Shown here piece by piece: positions 16,538 through 26,884 of a stretch of DNA of 35,697 nt (within the stretch, counting starts at the first letter, position 1; each line of letters starts with the position of its first letter). The DNA comes from an uncultured bacterium. GTDB lineage: Bacteria; Bacillota_I; Bacilli_A; RF39; UBA660. The translations under genes were made by a program, and so were the position numbers. The DNA lies in contig CASEWH010000014.1 in the NCBI GenBank assembly GCA_949291575.1, forward strand, positions 1 through 35,697, given 5' to 3'. A model generated the notes under the pieces. The model ran no database searches. It was not told where the DNA came from and worked only from the letters and a program-made list of their open reading frames with translations.

Positions 16538-18940
16538 CTATTTTACAACTATATTTACTATTTTACCTTTGATAACTATTATCTTAACAATTTCTTTACC
16601 TTCAGTGAATCTCTTTACATTTTCTTGTTCTAAAGCTTTTTCTTTTACTACTTCTTCACTATCATTAACATTTATTGTTATAGTAGCTCGTACTTTACCA
16701 TTTACTTGAACTGCTATTTCTTTTTCTGTTTCTACAAGTTTAGACTCATCATATGTAGGCCATTTTTCATAGCATAATGGTTCATATCCTAAAGATTCAT
16801 TTAACTCTTCTGTAATATGAGGAGCGACTGGATTTAATAGTGTTAAAAGCAAATGATAATCTTCTTTAGTTATACTATCTAAATCATCATAGGCATTAGT
16901 TAATATCATTAATGAAGATATATAAGTGTTATAACTCATCCTTGAAAGTGATGAATCTAAGTCTTTTACTGTCTTATTTTGTAAAACAACTAAACTATCA
17001 GTAAAGCCAGTTTTATCATTAACTTTAGACTTTAGACGTTCTACTTTATCTAAGAATCTCTTACATCCTCTTAGGGAATCTGTACTCCATGGTACATCTT
17101 GAGTATAGTCACCCATAAACATTTCATAAGTTCTAAGAGTATCAGCACCATATTCATTAACTATATCATCAGGATTTATTACATTACCTTTACTCTTACT
17201 CATCTTTTGATTATCTGGTCCTAAAACCATACCATGACTAACACGGACATCAATCATTTCTTTAGATGGAACTAGTCCAATATTATATAAGAACTGTACC
17301 CAGAATCTTGCATATAGTAAATGTCTTGCTGTATGTTCCATACCTCCATTGTACCAATTTACTTTCTGCCAATATTTCATAGCATCCATAGAAGCAAATT
17401 CTTTGTCATTATCTGCATCCATAAATCTTAAGAAATACCAAGATGAACCTGCCCAGTTAGGCATAGTATCAGTCTCACGTCTTGCAGGACCACCACAGCA
17501 TGGACAAGTTGTATTAACCCAGTCTGTTATTTTTGCAAGAGGTGATTCTCCTGTATCTGTTGGTTCATATTCTGCAACATCTGGAAGTAATAGCGGTAGG
17601 TCTTTCTCATCCATAGGTTGCCATCCACATTTTTCACAGTATATCATTGGTATTGGTTCTCCCCAGAATCTTTGTCTTGAGAAAATCCAGTCTTGTAAAC
17701 GATAGTTAGTTTTTTCTCTTCCTAAATTGTTTTCTTTTAAGTACTCTAACATTCTATTTATAGAGTCTTTCTTATTGGTATAACCATTTAAGAAGTCTGA
17801 GTTAATCATTTTACCATCACCAGTATAGGCTTCTTTAGAAATATCTCCCCCTTCAATTACTTCGATGATAGGAATATTATATTTCTTAGCAAAGTCATAA
17901 TCTCTTTGGTCATGTGCAGGAACTGCCATAATTGCACCTGTTCCATAACCCATCATAACATAGTCAGAGATAAAGACGTCAACAGTCTTACCACTTACAG
18001 GATTCTTTACAGTTATACCTTCTAATTTTACACCGGTTTTATCTTTGTTTACTTCTACTCTTTCAAAAGCACTTTTACTTTTAGCATACTCTTGATACTT
18101 TCTTACTTCATCCATATTAGTAATTATATCTTTTAGTTTTTCTAATATTGGATGTTCTGGTGCCACTACCATGAAAGTTACACCAAATAATGTATCACAT
18201 CTTGTAGTATAGACAGTTAATTTATCATTAGTCTCTTCAATAGTAAAATCTATCTCTGCACCTGTTGACTTACCTATCCAGTTTATTTGTCCTAGTTTTA
18301 CACGTTCTGCAAAGTTTGTATCATCTAAACCTTTAAGTAAATCTTCGGCATAATCACTCATTCTTAACATCCATTGTTCTTTTTCTTTTTGAACAACTTT
18401 ACTACCACATCTCTCACATACACCACCAGCGGCATCTTCATTTGACAATACACTTTTACAAGTTGGACACCAATTTACATCTTTCTTATCTTTATAGGCC
18501 ATACCATGTTTGTAAAATTGTAAGAACTGCCACTGTGTCCATTTATAGTATTCTGGGTCTGTTGTTGAAAATTCTCTATCCCAGTCAAATGAGAATCCAA
18601 GTGACATCATTTGTCCTTTAAAGGTTTTTATATTTTCTTTAACAGCATCTTTTGGATGAATATGATTTTTAATAGCATATTGTTCTGCAGGTGCACCAAA
18701 GGCATCCCACCCCATTGGGAATAAAACGTTATATCCTTGCATACGTTTTACTCTTGCAAGTACATCTTGAGCAGTATAACTTCTAACATGACCTACATGT
18801 AATCCTGCTCCCGATGGATAAGGAAACTCTACTAAAATATAGTATGGTTCTTTATCTTTTTCTCCTGTTACAGCTTTAAAGCACTTATTATTTAGCCAAT
18901 AATCTTGCCATTTCTTTTCTATATCATTAATTTTTTCCAT
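16538..18940 (-). CDS. leuS: Leucyl-tRNA synthetase
   Basis: FPYPSGAGLHVGH (HIGH), CP1 editing motif GTGAIMAVPAHDQRD and KMSKS. Confidence 0.98.
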   Translation of the reverse strand: MEKINDIEKKWQDYWLNNKCFKAVTGEKDKEPYYILVEFPYPSGAGLHVGHVRSYTAQDVLARVKRMQGYNVLFPMGWDAFGAPAEQYAIKNHIHPKDAVKENIKTFKGQMMSLGFSFDWDREFSTTDPEYYKWTQWQFLQFYKHGMAYKDKKDVNWCPTCKSVLSNEDAAGGVCERCGSKVVQKEKEQWMLRMSDYAEDLLKGLDDTNFAERVKLGQINWIGKSTGAEIDFTIEETNDKLTVYTTRCDTLFGVTFMVVAPEHPILEKLKDIITNMDEVRKYQEYAKSKSAFERVEVNKDKTGVKLEGITVKNPVSGKTVDVFISDYVMMGYGTGAIMAVPAHDQRDYDFAKKYNIPIIEVIEGGDISKEAYTGDGKMINSDFLNGYTNKKDSINRMLEYLKENNLGREKTNYRLQDWIFSRQRFWGEPIPMIYCEKCGWQPMDEKDLPLLLPDVAEYEPTDTGESPLAKITDWVNTTCPCCGGPARRETDTMPNWAGSSWYFLRFMDADNDKEFASMDAMKYWQKVNWYNGGMEHTARHLLYARFWVQFLYNIGLVPSKEMIDVRVSHGMVLGPDNQKMSKSKGNVINPDDIVNEYGADTLRTYEMFMGDYTQDVPWSTDSLRGCKRFLDKVERLKSKVNDKTGFTDSLVVLQNKTVKDLDSSLSRMSYNTYISSLMILTNAYDDLDSITKEDYHLLLTLLNPVAPHITEELNESLGYEPLCYEKWPTYDESKLVETEKEIAVQVNGKVRATITINVNDSEEVVKEKALEQENVKRFTEGKEIVKIIVIKGKIVNIVVK

Positions 18941-19289
18941 TCTTACAACATCCTTTCTTCTTGTATATTCTTCCTACTATATCATAACTTACAAGTATTA
19001 ATAGCATTATTAAGATAAAGCCTATTAATAACTGTAAATAAAAACTATCTAATAATGAGACTATTGTTACTACTAATGAAATATCAAAAGCACTAACTGC
19101 ACTTATTATATTTAAGAGTCTCTTATAGTTTAGTTTATCTAAATCAAGGTTATATTTACCTATCAAGTAATTAACCTCAACTGGTTTCTTTCTTCTTTTA
19201 TCTTTTTTAGATTTTCTTACTAAAAATAATTCATAAATTATAAAAACTAGTAAGAAAGTCATAATAAATAATATTAACTCATCTAACAT
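18927..19289 (-). CDS. Hypothetical membrane protein (~3 TM), first gene of the leuS operon
   Basis: Strong AGGAGGAG SD, three hydrophobic stretches, overlaps the leuS start by 14 nt. Confidence 0.8.
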   Translation of the reverse strand: MLDELILFIMTFLLVFIIYELFLVRKSKKDKRRKKPVEVNYLIGKYNLDLDKLNYKRLLNIISAVSAFDISLVVTIVSLLDSFYLQLLIGFILIMLLILVSYDIVGRIYKKKGCCKNGKN

Positions 19290-19304
19290 AATACTCCTCC
19301 TAAC

Positions 19305-19508
19305 AAAAATAGATTCCTATTAACAAGAACGAGTTAAACCCGTGGTACCATCTTGCTTCATAGAAATCTATGCACTTTAAAGTTATATCGGACTTATCCG
19401 TAAATGTTTAAGGTTATCAAGTTCAAAAAGCTATTATGTTTGTTTCCATCAACCACAAACTCTCTATTAAAATAGGTCTTTTTTACTACTACAACCACAT
19501 TTAAAATC
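19305..19508 (-). promoter_or_regulatory. T-box riboswitch, Leu (CUU specifier)
   Basis: AAGATGGTACCACGGG T-box (~19354-19339); stem I with an AGAGAG box and GAA-CTT specifier (19421-19419). Confidence 0.85.
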
Positions 19509-19515
19509 TAGTATT

Positions 19516-19544
19516 ATTATACGAAATATTAAAGCTTAATGCAA
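19516..19544 (-). promoter_or_regulatory. SigA promoter of the leuS operon
   Basis: TTGCAT-17-TATAAT. Confidence 0.7.
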
Positions 19545-20405
19545 CTACTTTTTGTTAATACTATACGTCTTTTCTCTGTAAATTCTATCAGTATGAACAA
19601 TAGAATTACATATTGGAAGCATATCTTGTTTTGAAAGATAACAAAGACTAGAAGACTTTCTGTTAAAAGTAGGAAACATTGTAATTATCTTATTAGTATT
19701 AGGAATCGTTGCCACCCTAAAAAAGTTTAAACTTAAACCAGTTTCACTTCTACCAATATCTTTAAAATAAAATATATAGGTATCTGAGAAGTCCCACTTA
19801 AGTTTTATTTCTCTTTTTTCAAATTCTATATTTCTAGTAGCTACTAAAAATAGTTCTTCTAAATCATAATGACTATAAAATATAGAACTAGTATTTTCAT
19901 TAGGATTATTATTAGGACTAGTATGTCTTAATTCAATATGTTCTAAGGCCCTATTATAATCGTATTTTACATATTGCTGTTCTTTATAATCTAACTCTTT
20001 AGGTATTTCTATTCTTTTACTTACAAATAATTTTAGAAATACTTGTACTCTTTTTAAATATTGTGATGCTTTTTTTAAATCTTTTTCTTTCTTTAAATCT
20101 TGGAAGTTTCTATTTTTACTTTTCTTCCATAAATTGTATAGTTTGTCATATTTTTCTAATTTAATATAGACTTCACTTAGACTTTTATAAACACAAAAAT
20201 AATTAGAATCTTGGCTTTTTAATATCTCTAGTGCTTCCTTTAGTTCTCCTCTTTGGGTGTAAATGTTTGCAAGTAAGGCGGCAACTTCAGCATCTTTATT
20301 AAAATCAAGATATCCTTTAAGTAATAATTCTGCTTTATTTATATATCCGTTTTCAATACTTTCTTTTGCTTCATTTAAAATTGTAATTTTTATATTGTTT
20401 TCCAT
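19545..20405 (-). CDS. TPR-like N-terminus fused to a possible nuclease-like C-terminal domain
   Basis: TPR-like helices (AALLANIYTQRGELKEALEIL); C-terminal HIELRH...IF...KIITMFP. Confidence 0.65.
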   Translation of the reverse strand: MENNIKITILNEAKESIENGYINKAELLLKGYLDFNKDAEVAALLANIYTQRGELKEALEILKSQDSNYFCVYKSLSEVYIKLEKYDKLYNLWKKSKNRNFQDLKKEKDLKKASQYLKRVQVFLKLFVSKRIEIPKELDYKEQQYVKYDYNRALEHIELRHTSPNNNPNENTSSIFYSHYDLEELFLVATRNIEFEKREIKLKWDFSDTYIFYFKDIGRSETGLSLNFFRVATIPNTNKIITMFPTFNRKSSSLCYLSKQDMLPICNSIVHTDRIYREKTYSINKK

Positions 20406-20485
20406 AGCTCTTCTCCATTTTAATCATTGTAGTACAGAATGAAGAGATGAGCAAGTGGAAATTATAGCCAAATAATGACATTATT

Positions 20486-21103
20486 TTATTTTTTAATCTT
20501 TTTCTTTGCTGATTGATAAGTAATTCCCCCCAATAAGTAACCATAAAAAGATCCAAGAGCTGTACCAAAAATCCAAAAAGCTGTATCTTCTATATTATAT
20601 TCTCTACTTTCTCTTACCTTTATTACACTATTATGATTAACACTTTTAATACTTATTTCTTCTAGAATATTTTCATAACTTGCAGGTAATTCTCTAGCTT
20701 CTACTTGATATTCATCGTGGTTATCATAATTAGTTATTGTAGATAAAGAGTTCCCATTCTCAAATTGATTTTGTTTTGTGGTTATTTCTTCATCTGTTAA
20801 ACTACCATTTGAAAAACCATAGGTTTCTACATCATAATTATCTCCAGCTTGTGTATAGCTTTTTACTTCTAATTCATTCATACTTTCAAGTTCATCTTCA
20901 GTTAAGAACTGTGAAGTTGGATTTAATCTAGTTAAACCTTCTGTTGTCCTAATAGTGGCATCTGTGGTTACTTGATAATTCTCTATATAATCTCTTACAA
21001 ATGGTTTCCTGTCAATTAAGACAAGATTTAATCCTCCTATTATTAAACCTCCTGTTACAGCTCCTATTGTTAAGTTTCCAACATATTTATTTTTTCTTTG
21101 CAT
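20486..21103 (-). CDS. Hypothetical membrane protein (N- and C-terminal TM, acidic middle domain)
   Basis: GAGGAGG SD, extended -10 TGcTATAAT (21138-21130) and two Gly-rich hydrophobic segments. Confidence 0.78.
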   Translation of the reverse strand: MQRKNKYVGNLTIGAVTGGLIIGGLNLVLIDRKPFVRDYIENYQVTTDATIRTTEGLTRLNPTSQFLTEDELESMNELEVKSYTQAGDNYDVETYGFSNGSLTDEEITTKQNQFENGNSLSTITNYDNHDEYQVEARELPASYENILEEISIKSVNHNSVIKVRESREYNIEDTAFWIFGTALGSFYGYLLGGITYQSAKKKIKK

Positions 21104-21149
21104 ACTACTTCCTCCTCAAGATACGTTTTATTATAGCACTGTTTAAGAC

Positions 21150-21256
21150 AAAATAAAAGATGAAATACCCCGGGCGAGATGAATTCTCACATACATTCTG
21201 TATGCTTACTGGCTTTGCCAACACATCGTTATTCCCTCACAAGTATTTCATCTGTA
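21150..21256 (-). ncRNA. Candidate structured ncRNA (~105 nt), family not recognised
   Basis: Extended -10 TGaTATAAT (21270-21262); closing stem AGATGAAATAC/GTATTTCATCT; internal hairpins; 3' U tract; higher GC than its flanks. Confidence 0.6.
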
Positions 21257-21278
21257 TAGATATTATATCATACTTGTA

Positions 21279-21308
21279 CAAAAAAAAGAGACATTATTTT
21301 GCCTCTTC
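21279..21308 (-). terminator. Terminator of the alpha operon
   Basis: AAGAGGCA-aaataa-TGTCTCTT followed by a T run. Confidence 0.75.
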
Positions 21309-21662
21309 TTTAGTCTCTTCATCTACTAATTTAATGATAGCAAGTAATGCTCCATCTCCACGACGTTCACCTAATTTTAATATTTGTGTATATCCACCAT
21401 TTCTACTTGCATAACGTGGAGCTAGTTCATTAAATATTTTATTTACAACAGCTTTATCATTGTGAAGAAAAGCTAGGGCTCTACGACGACTACCAAGATC
21501 TCCCTTCTTACCATAAGTAATCATTTTATCAACAGCTTTTCTAACTTCTTTAGCTCTTGTTTCAGTAGTTGTTATTTGGCCATTCATAATTACTTGTTTA
21601 GTAAGAGTTGCTAACATACTTCTTCTGTGTTTATTATCAACGCCTAATTTTCTATATGCCAT
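21294..21662 (-). CDS. rplQ: 50S ribosomal protein L17
   Basis: [15 protein letters not shown] and RNGGYT..RRGDGA motifs. Confidence 0.98.
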   Translation of the reverse strand: MAYRKLGVDNKHRRSMLATLTKQVIMNGQITTTETRAKEVRKAVDKMITYGKKGDLGSRRRALAFLHNDKAVVNKIFNELAPRYASRNGGYTQILKLGERRGDGALLAIIKLVDEETKEEAK

Positions 21663-21674
21663 AAGTTTACCTCC

Positions 21675-22625
21675 TTAATCATCTTCTCTTAGGTCAAGCC
21701 CTAATTCTTTAATTTTATCTAATACTTCTTTTAATGATTTCTTTCCTAAGTTACGGATTTTCATCATATCGTTTTCACTCTTATTAACTAAGTCTTGTAA
21801 GGTATGAACACCTGCTCTTTTTAAGCAGTTATATGCTCTTACTGAGAAGTCTAAATCTTCAATAGATGTTTCTAATGCTTTTGTCTTAGGATCTTCTGTT
21901 TTTTCTATCATCATACCACTTACATTAGAGATATCACTTAATTCTGTAACTAGTTTAAAGTGTTCAATTAAGATTTTAGCTGCTAAAGCGATAGACTCTT
22001 CTGGTTTAATAGAACCATTAGTCCATACTTCCATTACTAATTTATCATAACTTTCATCTTGTCCAACTCTAGCACTTTCTACTTCATATGAAACTCTTTC
22101 AATTGGAGAATAGATTGCATCCATAGCGATGAAACCATTTTTCTTATCATCTTCTCTAAGATTAGAATCTTCACTCTTAACATAACCACGACCATTAGTA
22201 ACAATCATAGTCATATTTATTGATCCACCTTTAGCAAGAGTAGCGATAACGTGGTCTTTATTGATTATTTCAATATCACTATCTGCTTCAATATCAGCAG
22301 CTGTTACTACTCCTTCTCCAACTTTATTAAGAGTAATTATTTTAGTATCTTCTGTATGATTCTTAACAACTACTCCTTTTAAGTTAAGGATAATTGTAGT
22401 TACATCTTCTATAACTCCATCCATAGTTTGGAATTCATGTAATACACCATCAATTTTAACAGCGCTAATTGCACTACCTGGTAGTGATGATAACATTACT
22501 CTTCTTAAAGCATTTCCTAAAGTTGTACCAAAACCTCTTTCTAGTGGTTCTAGTTCAAATTTTCCATAGAAATTATTTTCTACATAATCAGTAATTTTAT
22601 AAACTGGTTTTTCAAATTCTATCAA
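21675..22625 (-). CDS. rpoA: RNA polymerase alpha subunit
   Basis: EPLERGFGTTLGNALRR and SVRAYNCLKR. Start is TTG22625 after GGGAGG (track start 22700 overlaps rpsK). Confidence 0.97.
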   Translation of the reverse strand: MIEFEKPVYKITDYVENNFYGKFELEPLERGFGTTLGNALRRVMLSSLPGSAISAVKIDGVLHEFQTMDGVIEDVTTIILNLKGVVVKNHTEDTKIITLNKVGEGVVTAADIEADSDIEIINKDHVIATLAKGGSINMTMIVTNGRGYVKSEDSNLREDDKKNGFIAMDAIYSPIERVSYEVESARVGQDESYDKLVMEVWTNGSIKPEESIALAAKILIEHFKLVTELSDISNVSGMMIEKTEDPKTKALETSIEDLDFSVRAYNCLKRAGVHTLQDLVNKSENDMMKIRNLGKKSLKEVLDKIKELGLDLREDD

Positions 22626-22644
22626 TTTATTAACCTCCCTTTTA

Positions 22645-23028
22645 TTATCCACGAGGACGCTTTGGTGGACGGCATCCATTATGTGGAATTGGTGTAACAT
22701 CAGTAATTCCTGTTACTTCAAGACCTGCTGTTTGAAGTGATCTAATTGCTGTTTCTCTTCCTGGTCCTAATCCTTTAACAAATACTTCTACTTTACGCAT
22801 TCCCATATCATATGCAGCTTTTCCTGCTTGTTCTGCTGCCATACCTGCTGCGAATGGTGTTGATTTCTTACTTCCTTTAAATCCTAGTGCACCAGCTGAT
22901 GCCCAACTTACAGTGTTACCTTCTTTATCAGTAATAGTAATAATTGTATTATTAAAAGTTGCACCAATATGTACTACACCTTCAGGTATATTCTTTTTAA
23001 CTTTTCTTTTTCTTGTTTTATAAGCCAT
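22645..23028 (-). CDS. rpsK: 30S ribosomal protein S11
   Basis: [18 protein letters not shown] and PHNGCRPPK motifs. Confidence 0.98.
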   Translation of the reverse strand: MAYKTRKRKVKKNIPEGVVHIGATFNNTIITITDKEGNTVSWASAGALGFKGSKKSTPFAAGMAAEQAGKAAYDMGMRKVEVFVKGLGPGRETAIRSLQTAGLEVTGITDVTPIPHNGCRPPKRPRG

Positions 23029-23041
23029 AATAACCTCCTAA

Positions 23042-23407
23042 CTACTTTTTCTTGTTAGCTACTACTTTACCTCTACCCTTACGAGTACGAGCGTTTCTAT
23101 TTGTTCTTTGACCTCTTACAGGTAATCCTTTTTTATGACGTGTTCCTTCATATGAATTAATTTCCATTTTAGTTTTGATATTCATACTAACTTCACGACG
23201 TAGATCACCTTCAGTTGGATGTTTATTGATTTCATCTCTTAGAGCGATTAACTCGTCTTGAGTTAAATCTCCTGCTTTCTTAGTTGGGTCAACTTTAGCA
23301 TTTTTACAGATTTTCTTTGCTAAACTTCTACCAATACCATAGATATATGTAAGTGATATACATATATGCTTGTCATTTGGAATATCTACACCTTTAATAC
23401 GTGCCAT
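23042..23407 (-). CDS. rpsM: 30S ribosomal protein S13
   Basis: MARI.GVDIP and [16 protein letters not shown] motifs. Confidence 0.98.
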   Translation of the reverse strand: MARIKGVDIPNDKHICISLTYIYGIGRSLAKKICKNAKVDPTKKAGDLTQDELIALRDEINKHPTEGDLRREVSMNIKTKMEINSYEGTRHKKGLPVRGQRTNRNARTRKGRGKVVANKKK

Positions 23408-23422
23408 AACTTCTCCTCCTTA

Positions 23423-23536
23423 TTAACCTTGTACTTGTTTGTGTTTTGGATTTTCACAAATTACTCTGATTTTACCTTTTCTTCTTACTATTTTGCATTT
23501 TGGGCAAATTTTCTTTACACTTGCTCTTACTTTCAT
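23423..23536 (-). CDS. rpmJ: 50S ribosomal protein L36 (Zn-binding form)
   Basis: Manual translation [37 protein letters not shown]. Not in the ORF track. Confidence 0.97.
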   Translation of the reverse strand: MKVRASVKKICPKCKIVRRKGKIRVICENPKHKQVQG

Positions 23537-23550
23537 TTTTATCCCTCCTA

Positions 23551-23766
23551 CTATTTACGATAGGTAATACGCCCACGTGTTAAATCATAAGGTGATAGTT
23601 CTAACATAACGGTATCCCCCGGTAAGATGCGAATGTAGTTCATTCGTATTTTACCAGAAACGTGAGCTTCTACAACATGTCCGTTTTCTAGTTTAACTTT
23701 GAACTTACCACCTGGTATAATTTCTAGAACTTTACCTTCAACTTCAATAACATCATCTTTAGCCAT
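23551..23766 (-). CDS. infA: Translation initiation factor IF-1
   Basis: [36 protein letters not shown]. Confidence 0.98.
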   Translation of the reverse strand: MAKDDVIEVEGKVLEIIPGGKFKVKLENGHVVEAHVSGKIRMNYIRILPGDTVMLELSPYDLTRGRITYRK

Positions 23767-23770
23767 TCTT

Positions 23771-24517
23771 TCACTCTCCTGTTAATATAATAACTCCATC
23801 ATTAGTAACCCCTATTGTATGCTCAAAATGTGCTGATAATGAAGAGTCTTCTGTTTTAACGGTCCAGTCATTATCTTCTATATAGATATCTGGACTTCCT
23901 AAAGTTAACATTGGTTCAATGGCAATAACCATGCCATCTCTAATTTTAGGTCCTGTTCCTTTAGTACCATAGTTTGGAACATCTGGTGCTTCATGAACAC
24001 TAGTTCCAACACCATGTCCTACTAATTCTTTAACGACACCTAAGTTATGTTCGGTTGCATATTTTTCAACGGCATAACTGATATCGCCTATTCTATTACC
24101 GACTTTCGCTTGTTTAATACCTTCATACAAAGCTTTTTCTGTATGTTCTAATAGGTATTTAGCATCATCACTTACTTCACCTACGGTGTAAGTCCAAGCT
24201 GAATCGCCATGATAACCTTTATAACAAGCGCCAATATCTATTGATATTATATCACCATCTTGTAGAACTCTATCACTTGGAAAGCCATGAACAACCTCAT
24301 CATTAATACTTATACAAAGTGTAGAAGGAAATCCTTCATAACCTTTAAATGATGGTGTCGCTCCTTTACTTCTTATGAATTCTTCGGCAAGTCGGTCTAA
24401 CTCTTTTGTTTTGATACCATCTTTAATATGGGGACGTAAATACTGATGAGTAAGATAGACAATATGTCCAGCTTCTTTTAATAACTCAATTTCTCTTTTA
24501 CTTTTTAAAGTAATCAT
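23771..24517 (-). CDS. map: Methionine aminopeptidase type I
   Basis: [29 protein letters not shown] and SAHFEHT motifs. Confidence 0.97.
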   Translation of the reverse strand: MITLKSKREIELLKEAGHIVYLTHQYLRPHIKDGIKTKELDRLAEEFIRSKGATPSFKGYEGFPSTLCISINDEVVHGFPSDRVLQDGDIISIDIGACYKGYHGDSAWTYTVGEVSDDAKYLLEHTEKALYEGIKQAKVGNRIGDISYAVEKYATEHNLGVVKELVGHGVGTSVHEAPDVPNYGTKGTGPKIRDGMVIAIEPMLTLGSPDIYIEDNDWTVKTEDSSLSAHFEHTIGVTNDGVIILTGE

Positions 24518-24520
24518 TCT

Positions 24521-25180
24521 TTACATCCCCTTTTTTAAAACGGCATCTATTCTTTTAGAAACTTCCTCAACTGAGTCATTTCCATTGATTACATATAATA
24601 TACCTTTTTTAGCATAATAGTCAAGTAGTGGTTTAGTTTTTTCTATATATAAATTATATCTATTCTTAAATGAAGTTATGTTATCATCGTTTCTTTGATA
24701 TAATTTACCATTACATTTATCACATATTGACTCTTGTTTTGGTTTCTCATTATCAGAATTTATGTTATAAACACTTCCACAGTCTTCACAGATTCTTCTT
24801 CCAGTTATTCTTTTCTCAAGTATTTCTTCAGAAATATCTAACTGAATGACATAGCCTAGTTCTTGATTAAGACTATAAAGTATCTCATCATATTTATAGG
24901 CTTGCTCTATGTTTCTTGGAAAACCATCTAAGATATAACCATTTTTACAGTCATCTTGTGATAAACGATTTCTTAGAAGTTCATAAGTAACTTCATCTTT
25001 TACTAAGCCTCCACTACTTAATACTTCAGAAATATATCTACCTAATTCACTATCTTTTTTAGATTCTTCTCTTAAGATGTCTCCTGTTGAGATATGTGGT
25101 AGGTTATATTTCTTTTCTAAAATAGCACTTTGGGTCCCCTTACCTGCTGCAGGTGGGGCGATAAAAATTATATTTTTCAT
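24521..25180 (-). CDS. adk: Adenylate kinase (Zn-lid type)
   Basis: PPAAGKGTQ, HISTGD, LDGFPR and a CxxC..CxxC lid. Confidence 0.97.
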   Translation of the reverse strand: MKNIIFIAPPAAGKGTQSAILEKKYNLPHISTGDILREESKKDSELGRYISEVLSSGGLVKDEVTYELLRNRLSQDDCKNGYILDGFPRNIEQAYKYDEILYSLNQELGYVIQLDISEEILEKRITGRRICEDCGSVYNINSDNEKPKQESICDKCNGKLYQRNDDNITSFKNRYNLYIEKTKPLLDYYAKKGILYVINGNDSVEEVSKRIDAVLKKGM

Positions 25181-26439
25181 CTTCTACTATAACCCTTCTT
25201 ATAATTTCTAGAAAGAAGACTTCCTTCTATTTGTTTATAAGTTTCTAGGGCAACTCCTACAACAATTAGTAAACCTGTACCTCCAATACTAACACTTGTT
25301 GGTAAACTTGTTACATTAGAGAATATTATTGGTAAGGCTACGATAATTGCAAGGAATACTGAGCCTAGACAAGTTATTCTTGTTAATACTTTTGATAAGT
25401 AAGTTTTAGTTTCATTACCTGGTCTAATTCCTGGAATGTAACCTCCACTTTCTTGAAGATTTTTAGCAAAGTCTTCTGGTTTGAAAACCATATAAGTATA
25501 TACAAATCCAAATAGGAATATAAATATTACATAGATTATAAATCCTACAGGTGTTGTATATGTTAAATAGTTTTGTACGAAAAGACTAAAGCTTTCATTA
25601 TTTATTAGGCTAGCGATTATTCCTGGAATTGCCATTAAGCTTGATGCGAATATCACAGGTACAACCCCAGCGGTATTTACTTTAATTGGAACATAAGATG
25701 CGCTTTGTCCATATGTTGTTGATTTATTAGCATATTGAATTGGAACTTTTCTCTCTGCCATTTGTACGAAGATAACTCCAACGATGATAGCAAAGTAGAT
25801 TATTACAAATAGGATAAATTTAACTATTCCTAATGTTATTTCTTGAGTAGTACCATCAAATACTACTAATCCCTGGAAAGCATCAATAAACATTTGTGGT
25901 AGTGTGGCAATAATTCCTGCCATAATTATTAGACTTAAACCATTACCTATACCTTTTCTTGTAATTTGATCTCCTAACCAAAGTAGGAATGCTGTACCTG
26001 CTGTTAATACTACTGATATATAGATATATTCAGTGGCACTTGCACTTCTACCTAAGAACATAAATGAGAAGGCATAACCTTGTAAAAGTGCAAATAGTAT
26101 TCCCATATATCTTGAATAGGTATTAATTTTTTGTCTACCTACATGTCCTTGTTTATTTAGCTCTTGGAAATAAGGAATTAGTTCTCCTAATAGTTGCATA
26201 ACAATCGTTGCTGTAATATAAGGCATAACACCTAAAGCAAAGATTGAAAAGTTTTGTAAAGCTCCACCACCCATAGTATTAACTAATTCTAAGAATCCTA
26301 GGTTTTTAGTAATACTTTCAGTTCCTGGAACTTGAATAGTTGTTCCTATTATAAATATTGCTAATGCTACTAAAGTAAAACCAATTCTTTTTAGTAAATC
26401 TCTATTTGTAGGTTTAAATAATTGCTTCAATAGAGGCAT
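25177..26439 (-). CDS. secY: Preprotein translocase SecY
   Basis: FSIFALGVMPYITA, GIGNGLSLII, IPGIRPG and GGTGLLIVVGV motifs. Confidence 0.98.
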   Translation of the reverse strand: MPLLKQLFKPTNRDLLKRIGFTLVALAIFIIGTTIQVPGTESITKNLGFLELVNTMGGGALQNFSIFALGVMPYITATIVMQLLGELIPYFQELNKQGHVGRQKINTYSRYMGILFALLQGYAFSFMFLGRSASATEYIYISVVLTAGTAFLLWLGDQITRKGIGNGLSLIIMAGIIATLPQMFIDAFQGLVVFDGTTQEITLGIVKFILFVIIYFAIIVGVIFVQMAERKVPIQYANKSTTYGQSASYVPIKVNTAGVVPVIFASSLMAIPGIIASLINNESFSLFVQNYLTYTTPVGFIIYVIFIFLFGFVYTYMVFKPEDFAKNLQESGGYIPGIRPGNETKTYLSKVLTRITCLGSVFLAIIVALPIIFSNVTSLPTSVSIGGTGLLIVVGVALETYKQIEGSLLSRNYKKGYSRR

Positions 26440-26440
26440 C

Positions 26441-26884
26441 TTAGATCACCTCGGCTTTACTTCCTGATTCTTCTATTTTTCTTAGTGCACTACTTGAAAA
26501 TCTATGAGCTTGAATTGTAATTTTCTTTTCAAGTGTACCATTTCCTAATACTTTAATTCCATCTAGTTGTTTTTTAACAATTCCTTTTTCTTTAAGTAAT
26601 GCTGGTGTAACAACATCTCCATCATTAAATACATTTAAATCTCCGACATTGATAACTGCATATACTGTTTTAAAATCATGATTACTAAATCCTCTTTTTG
26701 GAAGTCTTCTATATAGTGGTAATTGTCCACCTTCGAATACTGGTGAAACTCCTCCACCACTACGAGCGTTTTGTCCTTTTTGTCCACGTCCTGATGTTTT
26801 TCCTGATCCTGAACCAGGTCCACGTCCTACTATCTTTTTACGGAAAGTAGCACCTTCATTTTTCTTTAATTCATGTAACTTCAT
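26441..26884 (-). CDS. rplO: 50S ribosomal protein L15
   Basis: [19 protein letters not shown] and [17 protein letters not shown]. Confidence 0.98.
   Translation of the reverse strand: MKLHELKKNEGATFRKKIVGRGPGSGSGKTSGRGQKGQNARSGGGVSPVFEGGQLPLYRRLPKRGFSNHDFKTVYAVINVGDLNVFNDGDVVTPALLKEKGIVKKQLDGIKVLGNGTLEKKITIQAHRFSSSALRKIEESGSKAEVI

Noticed and set aside
21210-21240. GAGGGA..CGATG as a SAM-I riboswitch fragment
   Set aside because: Lacks AUC..GAG, GCAACC and the pseudoknot elements, and no Met/Cys gene follows.
21160-21414. 84-aa + strand ORF
   Set aside because: Antisense to rplQ and to the ncRNA candidate; no SD.
22645-23028. Absence of rpsD from the alpha operon
   Set aside because: Normal for Bacilli, where rpsD is encoded elsewhere.
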